Source of the DNA: Balanoglossus misakiensis
Lineage: Eukaryota > Animalia > Hemichordata
Reading direction: 5' to 3'
Length of the DNA: 64,000 nucleotides
NCBI GenBank assembly: GCA_040954595.2
Contig: CM082579.2
Span: 2,472,345-2,536,344 of the forward strand
Made by a program: the position numbers and the translations under genes. The first letter of the stretch is position 1; the number at the start of each line of letters is the position of its first letter. Below, in pieces: positions 12,901 to 25,144 of the stretch. The notes below the pieces were generated by a model, which had not been told where the DNA came from, made no database searches, and worked only from the letters and a program-made list of their open reading frames with translations.

Positions 12901-15190
12901 ACCTTCGGTATACCGAGAAGACTGTGGGTCTGGCACCATGGGCGGTTGCCCTGATCGTGATTGTGGTGCTTTTGGTGGTTGTCGCCCTCGCGGTTTTGTT
13001 AGCATATTTCTTCAGAAAATACACGCGACAAAATAAAGACGGCCAACTGTCACACGAACCGGACGACGATGGGTTTTTGTACTTACAGCCAATAGAGGCA
13101 CCAACTTCAGGTACATGGTTAAGTGTTTGCATAACAGTATTTTTGTCCTTATATAAGTTAATACATTTAATCCCCCATACTATGAGTTTTTATTACATCT
13201 GCTTGACATTGCTTAATTATTCTAACCATATGTCTTTATCCCACCATTGCTTTCAGCGAGGAAGTTTCGAACCGCAAGAGACGACACTTTGGAGAAACTA
13301 GACACCGGACTTCAGCTGAGTGTTCGAGATGTCTTGGTTGACTGTGAGAGAGTGATTCTGCATTACGACGATGTCCTCGGAAGAGGTAATTGTATTTGGC
13401 GGGAATAGTTCGAGTTGTACGTCTTCTAGGTAATGTGACATTCGGGGATACACACAGATTGCCTTGTGATGTTGACAATCGCGACCAGGGCGATAGTGGT
13501 GGTAATTGTCGACGATGACTATCTATGACGTCGACGATGACCATCCTAGAGATCTCGGTGATCAATGATTGTGATTATGACACTGGTGGTCACTTTTTTG
13601 CTTCTGTAGGAAACTTTGGACAAGTCCTTTTAGGGACGTTGTTGCCACCGACGTCTGGCGCTCCAGGCAGTGAAACTACTAGGAAGCAAGTTGCGGTGAA
13701 ACTTTTGAAAAGTATGTCCTGTCTTCTATATACACAATGTAAATTGTCTGTCATTACAGAGTTTTCACAAACTATATATTGAGCTTGTTATAATCGTCGG
13801 ATTAGTGATTATTCATGTTGTTACCTGTAAATATTCAATGTATCGTTTGATTCTCTGTATTTTGCTAGACAATGCACACAATGAAGAGATGGCAACGTTC
13901 CTTGAGGAAGGACTTCTAATGAAGGGGCTGGACCATCCTAATGTTCTTTCGCTCATCGGTGTATGCATTGATCAATATGGTGTCCCCATGATAGTACTCC
14001 CACATATGAAACTCGGCAATTTAAAAGTGTATGTCGAAGATGAAGATAGGGTAAGTTCACGACTTATTTTGAAAGTAACCGTCAAAGTATGAAAGTATGA
14101 AAATATCGAAACTATTGCTTTGTGTATCACTGACTTAAATTTAACTAAACCGAGCGTTATTACTTGCAGGAACTGACAGTAAGGGACTTGGTATCGTTGG
14201 GACTGCAGGTAGCAAAAGGTATGGCCTACATATCAGACAAGCACCGAATGGTACACAGAGATCTTGCTGCCCGAAATTGCATGTAAGTACTACTAAACAT
14301 TCCATAAAATGTCGACAATTCCTGAAGAAAAATCGCTAATATTACTCGTTTTATCAAATAGTGTGACCTATCCTGTGTATGTTTTTATACAGGATAGACG
14401 AGAATAAGGTAGTGAAAGTTGGTGACTTTGGACTGTCACGTGATATCTATGAACGGGACTATTACACGTGCGAAGACACGAAAGCAAAATTACCCGCCAA
14501 GTGGATGGCTCCGGAATGCTTCAGAAGACAACGTTTCGATACAAAAACTGACGTGGTAAGAAAAAGCGACTCTGAAAGACTTTCCGGTTTACATCATCTA
14601 GTCATTCAATGATAATTCCAGCAAGAACCTTACTTCTCTCTTTTTCCAGTGGGCCTTTGGAGTGTTGCTATGGGAACTGATGACGAGAGGAGAGACTCCC
14701 TACGCAGCAATTGATAACTGGGATCTTGTCAACTACCTGGAGTCGGGAAAACGACTGGAACAACCGCCCCACACCCCTGATGACATGTAAATTCAATACT
14801 ATTTTTTGAAACTCTCACGTCTCTTGTGAATTTTCTTCCAGTTTTATAGGCTGGTGTTTGGTTGTTCTTTGCCGCCATCGCAAGAAAATAACCAGATTAT
14901 TCAGTTCTAGAGTTACTGAAAAGCTCACAAAGAGAAAATGGAGAATTTTTCCTGTCTATACACTCGCCCTCGATGCAGTCTTTCTTCTTATTTGCAGATA
15001 CGCCATTATGCAAGAGTGCTGGCAATCAGATTCCAGCCAACGACCCTGCTTCAACACAACAGTTCAAAGGTTAGAAAAGTGTCTGGAATCCGGCGACAGT
15101 GAATCCGAATCCGATTTGTACTTTACACCGATTCAGACGAACTACGACTACGTCTATTGTCACAAACGCGGACTTCCATACTTGAAGTGA
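6929..15190 (+). CDS. MET/RON-like receptor tyrosine kinase with signal peptide, 2 LDLa repeats, Ser/Thr-rich mucin stalk, about 3 IPT/TIG domains, TM and tyrosine kinase
   Basis: Phase-compatible exons 6929-6992 (signal [17 protein letters not shown]), 7744-7869 and 8118-8243 (LDLa, ..C.GVVDC...DDESDC), 8414-9261 (mucin), 9446-9579 ([19 protein letters not shown]), 11397-11567, 11678-11783, 11971-12351, 12491-12649, 12858-13110 (TM), 13257-13385, 13610-13711, 13869-14050, 14170-14282, 14393-14555, 14650-14786, 14998-15190. Kinase motifs intact: [44 protein letters not shown]. Confidence 0.88.
7508..7655. repeat. 148-bp near-perfect palindrome / foldback (MITE-like) in an RTK intron
   Basis: CAATCTGATTAAAATCAGATGTAGGGAACGGCGACTTGGTTTTTTTATGTTGTCGCCTCACACT is mirrored exactly on the right, centred on CACACTAGTGTG. 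The exceptions are a duplicated CACACT and a duplicated AACATAAAAAAACC. Confidence 0.9.
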
Positions 15191-15285
15191 GATGAACTAA
15201 TAACACTCTACGTAGTATGCTTTAAATCACTGATTGGACATTCAACTATTTAGTATGGAAGATAACAGATATCAAGGCACTTGTA

Positions 15286-18200
15286 TCACTCGGCCAATGT
15301 CTCATTTGCGATGAGCGCCCAGTCTGGTATATCATCCAGCTGCAGAACCCACCATCCATACGTGTTCATCGATACGTTAATTGTAAGAAGACATATTATA
15401 TTCATCATAATACCAGCCTTTATCTGTGAAGAACAAAAGAAAACAAATGAAACCAGTATGTTTTAAGAAGAAATCATTGTTGCCATGCCAATGGGTAACA
15501 TGGACCCAGCTGGTAGCAAACACGTCCAATCTTCTTTGACGTATTTCGGGTATTTCATGGCAATTACAGTTTAGAAGAAATCACTAATCAACAAGTATTA
15601 TTAGAATTTCGACCTTACCATATCCAATGTTGTAACGGCCCCATATGATATTATCAAAGCATTTATGATAGTCCCAGACGGTAAGCAGAAAGCAAGTGTA
15701 AAAGTCATCGTCAACGCTATGAAGTAATAATGAGGGTGAATGCCTTGGTTTGCAGCCTGTAAGTAAAGTTTGCAAAAAAAATTGTAATATTTCAAGAACT
15801 AAATGTTAAATAAATCACAAACAAAGCAATGTTTAGCCCCGTGGCTTACGTCTTATTTACTTTCCTGTGAAGCGACGTTGTTCACAATGTGTACTTTTTT
15901 TTATTAAATCGAACAATTCACCAAAATAACTTAGACTCACCGCGTTGGCAATTATTGGTATGAGTATAGCCATCATTACTGAGGAACTTAAAAACTCCGT
16001 CCCGACTATACCAATTACAGTCACAGTAACCAGCACCAACCAAGGGGGGAGAGAGCTGATGAAACCAAACTTATCTCCAATCAAATCAGTCAATCCACTC
16101 ACCTTAAATAAGTCAATGTAAACAGAAATTAGGTGTTGATTCTAGCTCCCTTGGTAAACAACATGTTGGCATACACGTATGTCGTACAGACGTCTGTTTG
16201 TGTGTCTGTTGGTTTCTTTTATGACCGTACTGATACTGTACATGCGTTTCATTTCAACCAGAAGGTTATATGCATATTTAATTATGATAAACCTATCAGT
16301 TGATCAAATGTAACGCTGTCTCACCTTGGTGGCCTCCAATGAAGACATCAGTGCGCCCGAGTACATTAGTATTCCCCAGGGAATCGTTAACCGACCAGTT
16401 TCCCAGTCCACCAAACCAGTATATGGGCTCTTATCTTCTGTAAATACATACCATTTTATCATAGAATCTTTTTTGCATGTGGTAATATAATCAAAGATGG
16501 CAGTAACGTCGGAATAACATCTGTTCTAAACACAATTCAAGTTTTGACACATAAACAGTGTAAAGGACATTTAATTAACCAGACAAAGACAAAAAATAGT
16601 TACCTTTAAGTTTGAAAGTTGGTCTCTCTTTTGGCAGAATATAGCACAGCAGGCCAGCCCCTGCAGTGATGGTACTAGATCTCACATAGCTATAAAAAAA
16701 ATATGCCATTAGACGAAAGTATTTAATTATTGTGAGTTTTACAGCTCTTGCAACCATCACGCGATAAATTTAGTTGAATTGACGCCATATGATGTAATAT
16801 AATGCAAGATAAATAGAGCAACTCAATGTGACGTGACTTGGCGCGGCGCGACGACGCGTGTTTCTTGCAGTTTTAAGTTTATTAAGTAAAACTTCCAGAA
16901 ATTATGGAATGTCTGTCTTTGCATGACAAAATACAATAGTTTCTTACCCAGGTTCGAACCAGGCGACCCAGCCTGGAACAAATTTTGGATCCTCGAAAAA
17001 CCAAAACAAAATCAGAACAATAAAGACGATGAGAATGGAAACCTCTGCCCACCTAAAATGCAAACAAATATCATTTACACTATTTCGGCCATATGTAAAC
17101 TGACAGTCGTGCTCTGCGAGAAGTATGTCATACATGAAGTGTAGACATGGAGAAAGACAGTTGATTGCAATCAGACACTTGCGAATGGGATTAATGAACA
17201 TGCACGCTTACGATATTGGGCCAAGCTCAGCGTATTCTTTACGAAGAACTTGAACAACGCCAGATTCTTCTGCCTCGTTGTTTCTTTTGCAGCACGGTCT
17301 AGGAGACGAGTTTCGTTTTCGACAACAATTCCACAAAGATTTTCTGAAAATCAAATTATTGATCTCTTTTAGCTGAAATTATACAATAGGCCATTTTCAT
17401 GACCCCTGCATGACCTTACGTCCTCGTACTTCCTCTAGCTATGAATTGACCAGTCTGATGAAGATCTCTACAAAACACTCTACAATAAGTCAAAATACAT
17501 GTGTATACGCACTTAAGATCTAAATAGAGGAAGGATAACCATGTCCATCCACATAGTAAAGCTATCAGCTGCGTCGGAAAAGCAAATAAGATCCAGTCTC
17601 CAAACGCAATCTTTGCCTCTGGTCCATAGAAGCTGAAATAAAAAAAATCAGAGACAACCCGTGTGAAACGTATTTTTTTGCTGCAAATTATTACTTTTAT
17701 ACTAATTCCATTTCTTATTTACATGACGAACGTAAAACTACAACAAAACTGCTGACACTGCTACACTTCGCCATAAACAGCGCCCCCACACAGACTCAAA
17801 CACAAACAAAAGTAGGACCTATACAATTTGTAAAAAGTCATCACACACATTTGTGACCATCTACTCACATTTCCAAATTCGAATTCATGATCAGTTGAAC
17901 GATAGTTCCTACCAATGAACCAGCTCCCCCTATTGTAGAAGAATACGAAAGCCCAATGATGAAACAGACCTCCATGGTCCTATCATGCACATCAACCGAA
18001 TCAGTCCTGTTGGGAGGTTCACAAGGGTTACTGTTAGGTATATAGAAAATTCTAACATGGCATGGAGCATACGTTAATTGTCCTTCGACGCTCACAGCCC
18101 CTCTCGCGCCGCCAACGCAGATTTATTATCTGGCCCTCGCAGAAATGGTGTTTCTCCTTTGCTAAACGGTTAAGAGCGCGTCAGTGAAGAGCCTTGTAGC

Positions 18201-19426
18201 GAACTGTGAGAGAGTCCAACGTTGTCCTCTCCAGTTTATACTATTGCCCTCATATTGGCATATACTGTCCTTGGTTATCAGTTGATATTATTGTTTGAAG
18301 AAAATACTTACTTTGTGTTTCTCTTGTCCGGGTCTGGTTCCAACTGCTCGTCTCCGGGTTTGATTTCATCCAAGCTTTGCAGATCTTCTTTGTCCTCATT
18401 CTGAAGCATAAAATTAATCGGGACTGCAGTTGTTTCTATGGTTGTTTCTACGTTTGTTTGTTTGTTTGTTTCATCATTGAACAAATATTTACATTCATAC
18501 CTTATCCCTCGCAGGTCCATGGCTAACTGGTTCCCTCAGTTTATCCACCAACGCCGAGACGACGGGCAACATCATCGACACAAGAGCAAAGTTCAAGATC
18601 CACATAGACAAGAATCCAACCACGGACATGAGAACGAACAGCAACCTATAGAAGAAAGATTTCTGCTACTATATTTCAAAGGAGTCGCTTTTTTTCTCTC
18701 TAGTACCTCCATGCTGTTTGACATGTACATGTATTTGTCCAAATACTTGGAAAACGACGTCGACACTAGTGCGACATTCTAAAAACCAATGCTTACCGTT
18801 TAGGATCGGATCCTGCAAGCAACAATGCTCGCAAAGCTATCCTCCGATGAAGGCCGTAGCGTTGTACGGCCGATGCCACCATCAGCAGGGCAATGAAGAG
18901 AACTATGAAATCCATCACATAAAACGTACACACTTCTTCCATCGTTAATATTCCAAACATTGGGTAGATGAACAAGGGTATCAGCCCCGTCACTTGCAAT
19001 GGAATGGCTTGCGTGATCCATAGCGCCAACAGCATTGCATAAACGTAGCCGCATTTCACTTCCTGCGTATTTACGTAAAACAATACGAGTGTAAAATTAC
19101 GTTACGCAATTTGTAATATCACTACTGTTTGTTTTTGTTTTGCGTTTTCGCTTGTTGCTTGATTCGTCTCTCCATTTCTTGTTGATCAAGCCTGCGTTGG
19201 CCGGCTTAAGTTTCTGTGTTGGAATACTTTGGTTTTGCGTGTTCTTATTTTTTGTCTGTGTTATCCGATAACTTTCACAAAAGCAAGTAATCCTTGAATA
19301 AAATCCACCCACCTGTGAATCGTAGCCTGAGACCAACAGAAGACTCACGATAAGTATCAGCAGTAAGATCAGTAAGATGTTCCACTTGTGTAACAAGTAT
19401 TTGAAAACGTCTCTGCAGGTCGGCAT
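15286..19426 (-). CDS. SLC13/DASS family transporter (NaDC/NaCT/INDY-like), paralog A, 13 exons
   Basis: Exons 19313-19426, 18797-19062, 18501-18645, 18312-18400, 17869-18030, 17513-17632, 17212-17343, 16948-17052, 16604-16689, 16325-16437, 15941-16102, 15619-15756, 15286-15423. Motifs WITQAIPLQVTGLIP, LHRRIALRALL, FLSMWI, IGG.GSLVGT, WFFEDPKFVPGW, IPWG, HPHY..AFCLP, C-terminal NTYG...PDWA. Confidence 0.9.
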
Positions 19427-21206
19427 GGCGGTGCAGTGTTACATCAATGTGTCGACAAAAACTGTGAGACCAGCTGAAGACGTCTTGTGGCCAAACACGA
19501 CCCGAGACAGAGAAAGGGGTGGAACAGCTGTGGGTGAAGGTCATATCTTTGCATTCATTTTCTGTCACTGAATTATCAGCCGGCACCCGACATCTTGTCA
19601 CGACAGTCTCGTTTTACTAATGAGTGCGTGGAGTTCGCAAGAGATTGCCCCGATAACTATTCCCTCCCCTGTCGTTTATTTGTGACTCTTGTTTGTCCAT
19701 TCATGATCTCGCTTGGCATTTATGATGCACATTTGAACATTGAACATCGTAAATTATACGGTTACTACAATCCAAGGAGCACTTCCAATGAAAGACTGTT
19801 CTTTTTGCTCCCTGTACTTTTTGATATATGAGGAACAGTTTTGATAAAATGTAAACTTTCACCTCCACCCCACCCCAACGTCTGTTTGTTTGCTTTAACA
19901 CGACACACTTTTGTTCGCGGGTCATGTCCATTTAACCTTTGCTCCATGATTACGTGAAAACAATGTCACGTTTTGATGTCAACGTTTGACTTTCCCTATC
20001 GAGCCCATTGTCTTTATGTTTGAAACGCTGGTGAGCTGTTTTGTCTGAATCAGTTTTTACTTAGCTTGTGTGTGACGCGAGGAATTAAATAACACGCACA
20101 CGTGCACAGCTTGGTATACTTGATATTGCAAATTTGTATTATTTTATTGCCAATATTGTTGTGACCAAGGGTTCACTCCAATGTGCGTCGCTCATTCCAC
20201 ACGTCACTCCCGGACCAAGGAACGTACATCACTCAATATTCCAGTATGCAACCAAGATTTATTCCAAAATATAGACACGCATGGGGACATACAAAGAAAC
20301 CCTGTCGCAAAACAAAATTACAGAAAATAATTGAAATACAACACTAAACCATTCGTTCATGAAAAAAATGTAATTGTCGTATTCTGTCCGCATCAACAAC
20401 GAGTTCAAGGAGTTATATGCATTTAGCCGAGTTTGTACGGTATTAAATTTCAAGTTCGGGCTTACGAAAATTTACAAATGCTGGTAGAACATTAACAGGG
20501 AAACTCACCCCACCACTTTGTAGGTTAACGGAGAGGAGTAGGCCTCCAAAATCACCGTCGTCTACGGACCATATCACAGCCACCACGGAACCGCACGGTT
20601 GTGCGTAACGAAATGAAATGATGAACCGCGTGGCATAAATTTGAGGGTCTTTTATAGTGTGTACCAGGTGGCTGGGATGCATATGTAAATTATCATGCGC
20701 AGAACATGTAGGATCAATAACCGATCAATAAAATGTCATTGAAAAGGGCTCCATTGAAACAAAAACAAAACATCCCCCCAAAAAGATTAATTTCATTTAT
20801 CACATTGTGAAAATTGATCAAGGAGGAAGGTGTTTGTATCCCCCAGCAAAGTATCGTCCATTTACTATAGGGTAGTCGGGAGGGAGGGAGGTTAGGGGGA
20901 AAATCAAAGCTCTCCTCGTGTCTTCTACTCTACTCCTAAACACTGTACTACCTTTCTCGCTGCCTTGTCTACGTTGTATATGTTAGGAATGACACATTGT
21001 GTTCCCATGGGCACTGCTTTATATTATGTTGTATTTTGAATATTCATGACTTCACACCTGGCGGAATATTTCTGTTGTGTATATACCTTGGTCTTTAAAA
21101 TATTTTACATTATCAATTAGCCGTGTGATGACCATTGATATTCTGACAGGTTACCATACTTAGATTACAGGCAAATATTTCCATGTCAGGGAGGTTGTAC
21201 TAGTAG

Positions 21207-24200
21207 CTAGGTCAATCTCAACGTCACGTTTGCATCATGTGCCCAGTCTGGTAGAGAGCCCAGCTGCAAAATCCACCATCCGTACGTGTTCATTGATATG
21301 TTGATTGTCAGGACACATATGATATTCATCACAATGCCGACCTTTATCTAGGCAAAGGCAAGAGACAAAACACACAATTAGTGTGTCTGATAAGTTATGT
21401 ATAAACTAAGGTTCCCCAGATGTCTTCAACGGAGTGTTGAATTGCATAGTGATTTTCGCTATGGATGTTTTGTAATTGCCAGTGACGGAAAATAAAATCA
21501 GCTCGTTATTTTAAATTTGAACTTACCATATCGAACGTCGTAACAGACCCATGTGTTATTATCAATGCAATTAAAAACCTTCCAGATGGCAAACAGAATG
21601 CTAGAATAATCGACATGGAGAACGCTAGGAAATAGTAATGGGGATGAAGGTCCTGGTCTGACGCCTGGAATATATAGAAAATTGATGATAATTCTATTAA
21701 TCGAACTGGATAGACAAATCGAAAAATAAGGACACACAACGATATAATCTAATATCACAAATCAAAGCCATTTTGCGCTTAACATTTTACATTTCTACAA
21801 TTTAAACAGCGAACAAATCATAAAAGAATGTAAATGAAGATAGAATACTCACCGTCCTTGTCAGTACTGGTATGAATACAGTCATAATCACCCCAGCACT
21901 CATAAATTCCGTGAGCACTATTCCACTTACAGTCACTACAGCCAGCACCACCCAGGGTTGTAAAGACCCGATGAATTCAAAGTTATCTCCAATCATATCA
22001 GCCAATCCAGTCACCTATAGATGTATAGAGAAGTGCACATAAAAATCATGAGTTCACTGATTGGATTATCAGAAGCCAAATCAACATTGATTTTGGTGAT
22101 TCACATGTTCTCTTCGACAAGTCTGCATGATCATATTCAGATCAGAAATTGAGATGTTCGCCTTACTTTAGCGGCCTCCATTGTCGCTAGAAGTCCACCC
22201 GCGTGCAAGAGCATTCCCCAGGGAATCGTTGATTCGACAGATTTCCACTCCAACAAGCCTGTGTACCGGGCCTTATCTTCAGTAAAGAAAAATGTAACAA
22301 TTATTACCGGTGTATGGTAAGATAAACCAGGGGCAGGCTTTAGCAACTTAATATTACTCTCTTTGTTTCATTGACTGTGGAACTGAAAATTCTCACCTTT
22401 GATGTTGAAAGATGGCTTTGCTTTTGGTAGAAGAAAACTCGCAAAGGCAACGGCCGCCGTAATGGTACTGGATGTCACATACCTATATACAGGGTGCAAT
22501 GAAATACACGCATGCGTTAGGGTATCAACAGCCTGTGGAGGTAGATGATGCTGATAGCAGTTTACTGGCGAGATCATTAAACTATAAAAGTGTCATGTTC
22601 GCTTCTTGTACGGTGGCAAAACACTGTAAGGGTCGTTCAGATCACCTTGGTTCAGTCGAACTATCCCAAGCAGTCTGGTTGTGAATTCGTGTAGTTTGTA
22701 TGAACGTTTCGATTGCTCTCGCCAAAGACAACAACTTACCCGGGTTTGAACCAGGTGGTCCAACCTGATATGAACTCTGGGTCCTCGAAAAACCAAATCA
22801 GAATCAGGACAAGAAACACGATGAGAATGGAGACCTCTGCCCATCTGAAATATAACACTGATTGTGAGGAAAACACGTTGACCGTTTTTTTTACATGGTG
22901 AAAGTACTGACTATTACACACGCGAGTGGTAGCCGTTTTTAACAGTAAACAAATCGAGCAGTAGAGTGGATAATTCTCCCTGTGTTGAGGAAATAGGTTT
23001 CAAATTGCCAATCTTATATTACACTTACATACACTTACTTTATCGGTCCCAGCTCTGCATATTCCTTGCGAAGAAATCGAACAATGCCAGGGTTATCTTC
23101 CTGTCCGCGGCCTTTGCAACACAGTTTACGAGGTGATCCTCGTTTCCAGCAACAACAACAAATACTCTTTCTGAAATTTAAAGATGGTTGTCTTTTGGTG
23201 AACACAAACGATTTATTGCCAGTTTTTGTAACTGTTGACGTGCGTAGTAATTGTCTAGATGTAAGGATATGCCATATTGGTTTTACTTGTGTGAGTCTAA
23301 CATAACCTGACCAATACCCCTGGAGTGGAAATTTTCAAAATGCAACCTACCGAAGATCCAAATAGAAAAATGATAACCACGCCCATCCGAAGAGCAATGC
23401 AATGAATTGCGTTGGAAAAGCGAAGAGAATCCAGTTTGCAAATGATATTTTGCCTTCTGGGCCATACATGCTGAAAGAGAGATGTGGAGTAGACTGCAGT
23501 AGTGTCGTTTTGGCAATATTTATATATATTGAATATAATGATTTCCAATGCAAACGCGGTAAAAAAGTCTTCAACGACAAGTTCCCTTGAAACATTCATT
23601 CTTTGTTATGAAATCGATTTCCGGGGTTATATAGACGTCTGTCTGAATAGAATAGACTGTAGGAATGTATGTAGGTGAGCTACTCACATTTCTAAATTAA
23701 TGTTCATGATTATTTGAGTGACAGTTCCGACCAATGAACCAGCTCCCCCGATTATACCAGAATACACAAGTCCAATGAAGAAACATTTCTCCATGTCATT
23801 ATTGTACTTTTCTACCTCATTAACATAATCTTCCATCTCATCACTTCGTGTGCTGGCCTTCTTGTTAACATAATACACATTAACTCCTTTATCCCTGTAA
23901 TGTAATTTTGATTCATCAGTAACATTCACACATTATATCATATGTGAAATATGTATGCAAATGAGCTTCATATTGCTGTGGAGATTTGTGATTAACCCAA
24001 GTTTTCTTGTACAATCAAAGAAGATCAAACTTTATATTTAAAACTCTGGATCATTTACCTTGTTTCACCCATCTTAAAATCGTCTAATTCCAACTCCACT
24101 TCTCCGTTAAAGATTCCATTACTTTTTTCTTCATCGCCCTTTTCACGTGTTTGCTCATCATTAACAGGGCTGTAGCTATCTGGCTTCTTCAGTTCACTGA

Positions 24201-25144
24201 CCAACGCCGAGACGATGGGAATCATCATGGATACAAGGACCAGGTTCAATATCCACATGGACAAGAAACCAGTCACATACATCAGAACAAGTAACAACCT
24301 GAAACGGAAAGTGCCAAACTTGTACGGTGGAACCGCATTTTAAGTGCATCGCCGGAAATGCATCGTAGTGCACGGGATGTCAAACACGTTTCAGTCACGA
24401 AAGCAAGAGAAAATGGTGGGGGTCCCTCTCACTCTCCCTCCCCTCTCTTCTCTTTGAAGTAACGGGTTATCGTGTTTTGCCCAACAACTTGATCGGGCGA
24501 CTGGGGAACCATGGCTCACCGTTTCGGATGCGATCCTCCGAGAAGCAAAGCCCGCAAGGCTATCCTTCGGTGAAGGCCGTATCGTTCTACGGCCGTAACA
24601 ATCATCATCAACGCAATGAAGAGAGTCATGAAATCGTCCATGTAAAATGCACACACTTCTGTCATGGGTAAAATCCCCAACACAGGATACAGGAACAAGG
24701 GTAGCAGCCCCGTCACTTGCAACGGAATGGCTTGCGTGATCCACAGGACAATGAGTGTCGCTAAGGCGTAGCCACATTTCTGTTCCTGTAGGTTTGTAAT
24801 CAAAAACAAAAACACAGGCGTAAATTTAGATGAAATAATACTTGTCGTCATTGAAGTGACCCTTGTCCGTGACGATTTCTTATAATAATTATAAGTCTAT
24901 TGCATTATCTGTAGTGGACGCCTTTTCAGATAGATGCGTTTATTATAGCATTCATATCCGTGCATATAGCATTCATCAGTATAGCAGTATCTTACGGTGT
25001 AGAAAGGAGAACACCAAAAATGAAATATACCTGTGAATCGTATCCTAACAGCAGCATAAGACACATCAACGACGGCAATAGCAAGAGTATCACGATATTC
25101 CGCTTAAAGTACACGTATTTCAAAACATCCTTGGCGGTCGACAT
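21207..25144 (-). CDS. SLC13/DASS family transporter, tandem paralog B
   Basis: ATG at 25144 (MSTAKDVLKY...GYDSQ). Exons 25031-25144, 24520-24785, 24059-24298 and onward are colinear with paralog A and carry the same motifs (WITQAIPLQVTGLLP, LHRRIALRALL, WFFEDPEFISGW, HPHYY). Last exon 21207-21347 ends PDWAHDANVTLRLT-TAG. Confidence 0.9.
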
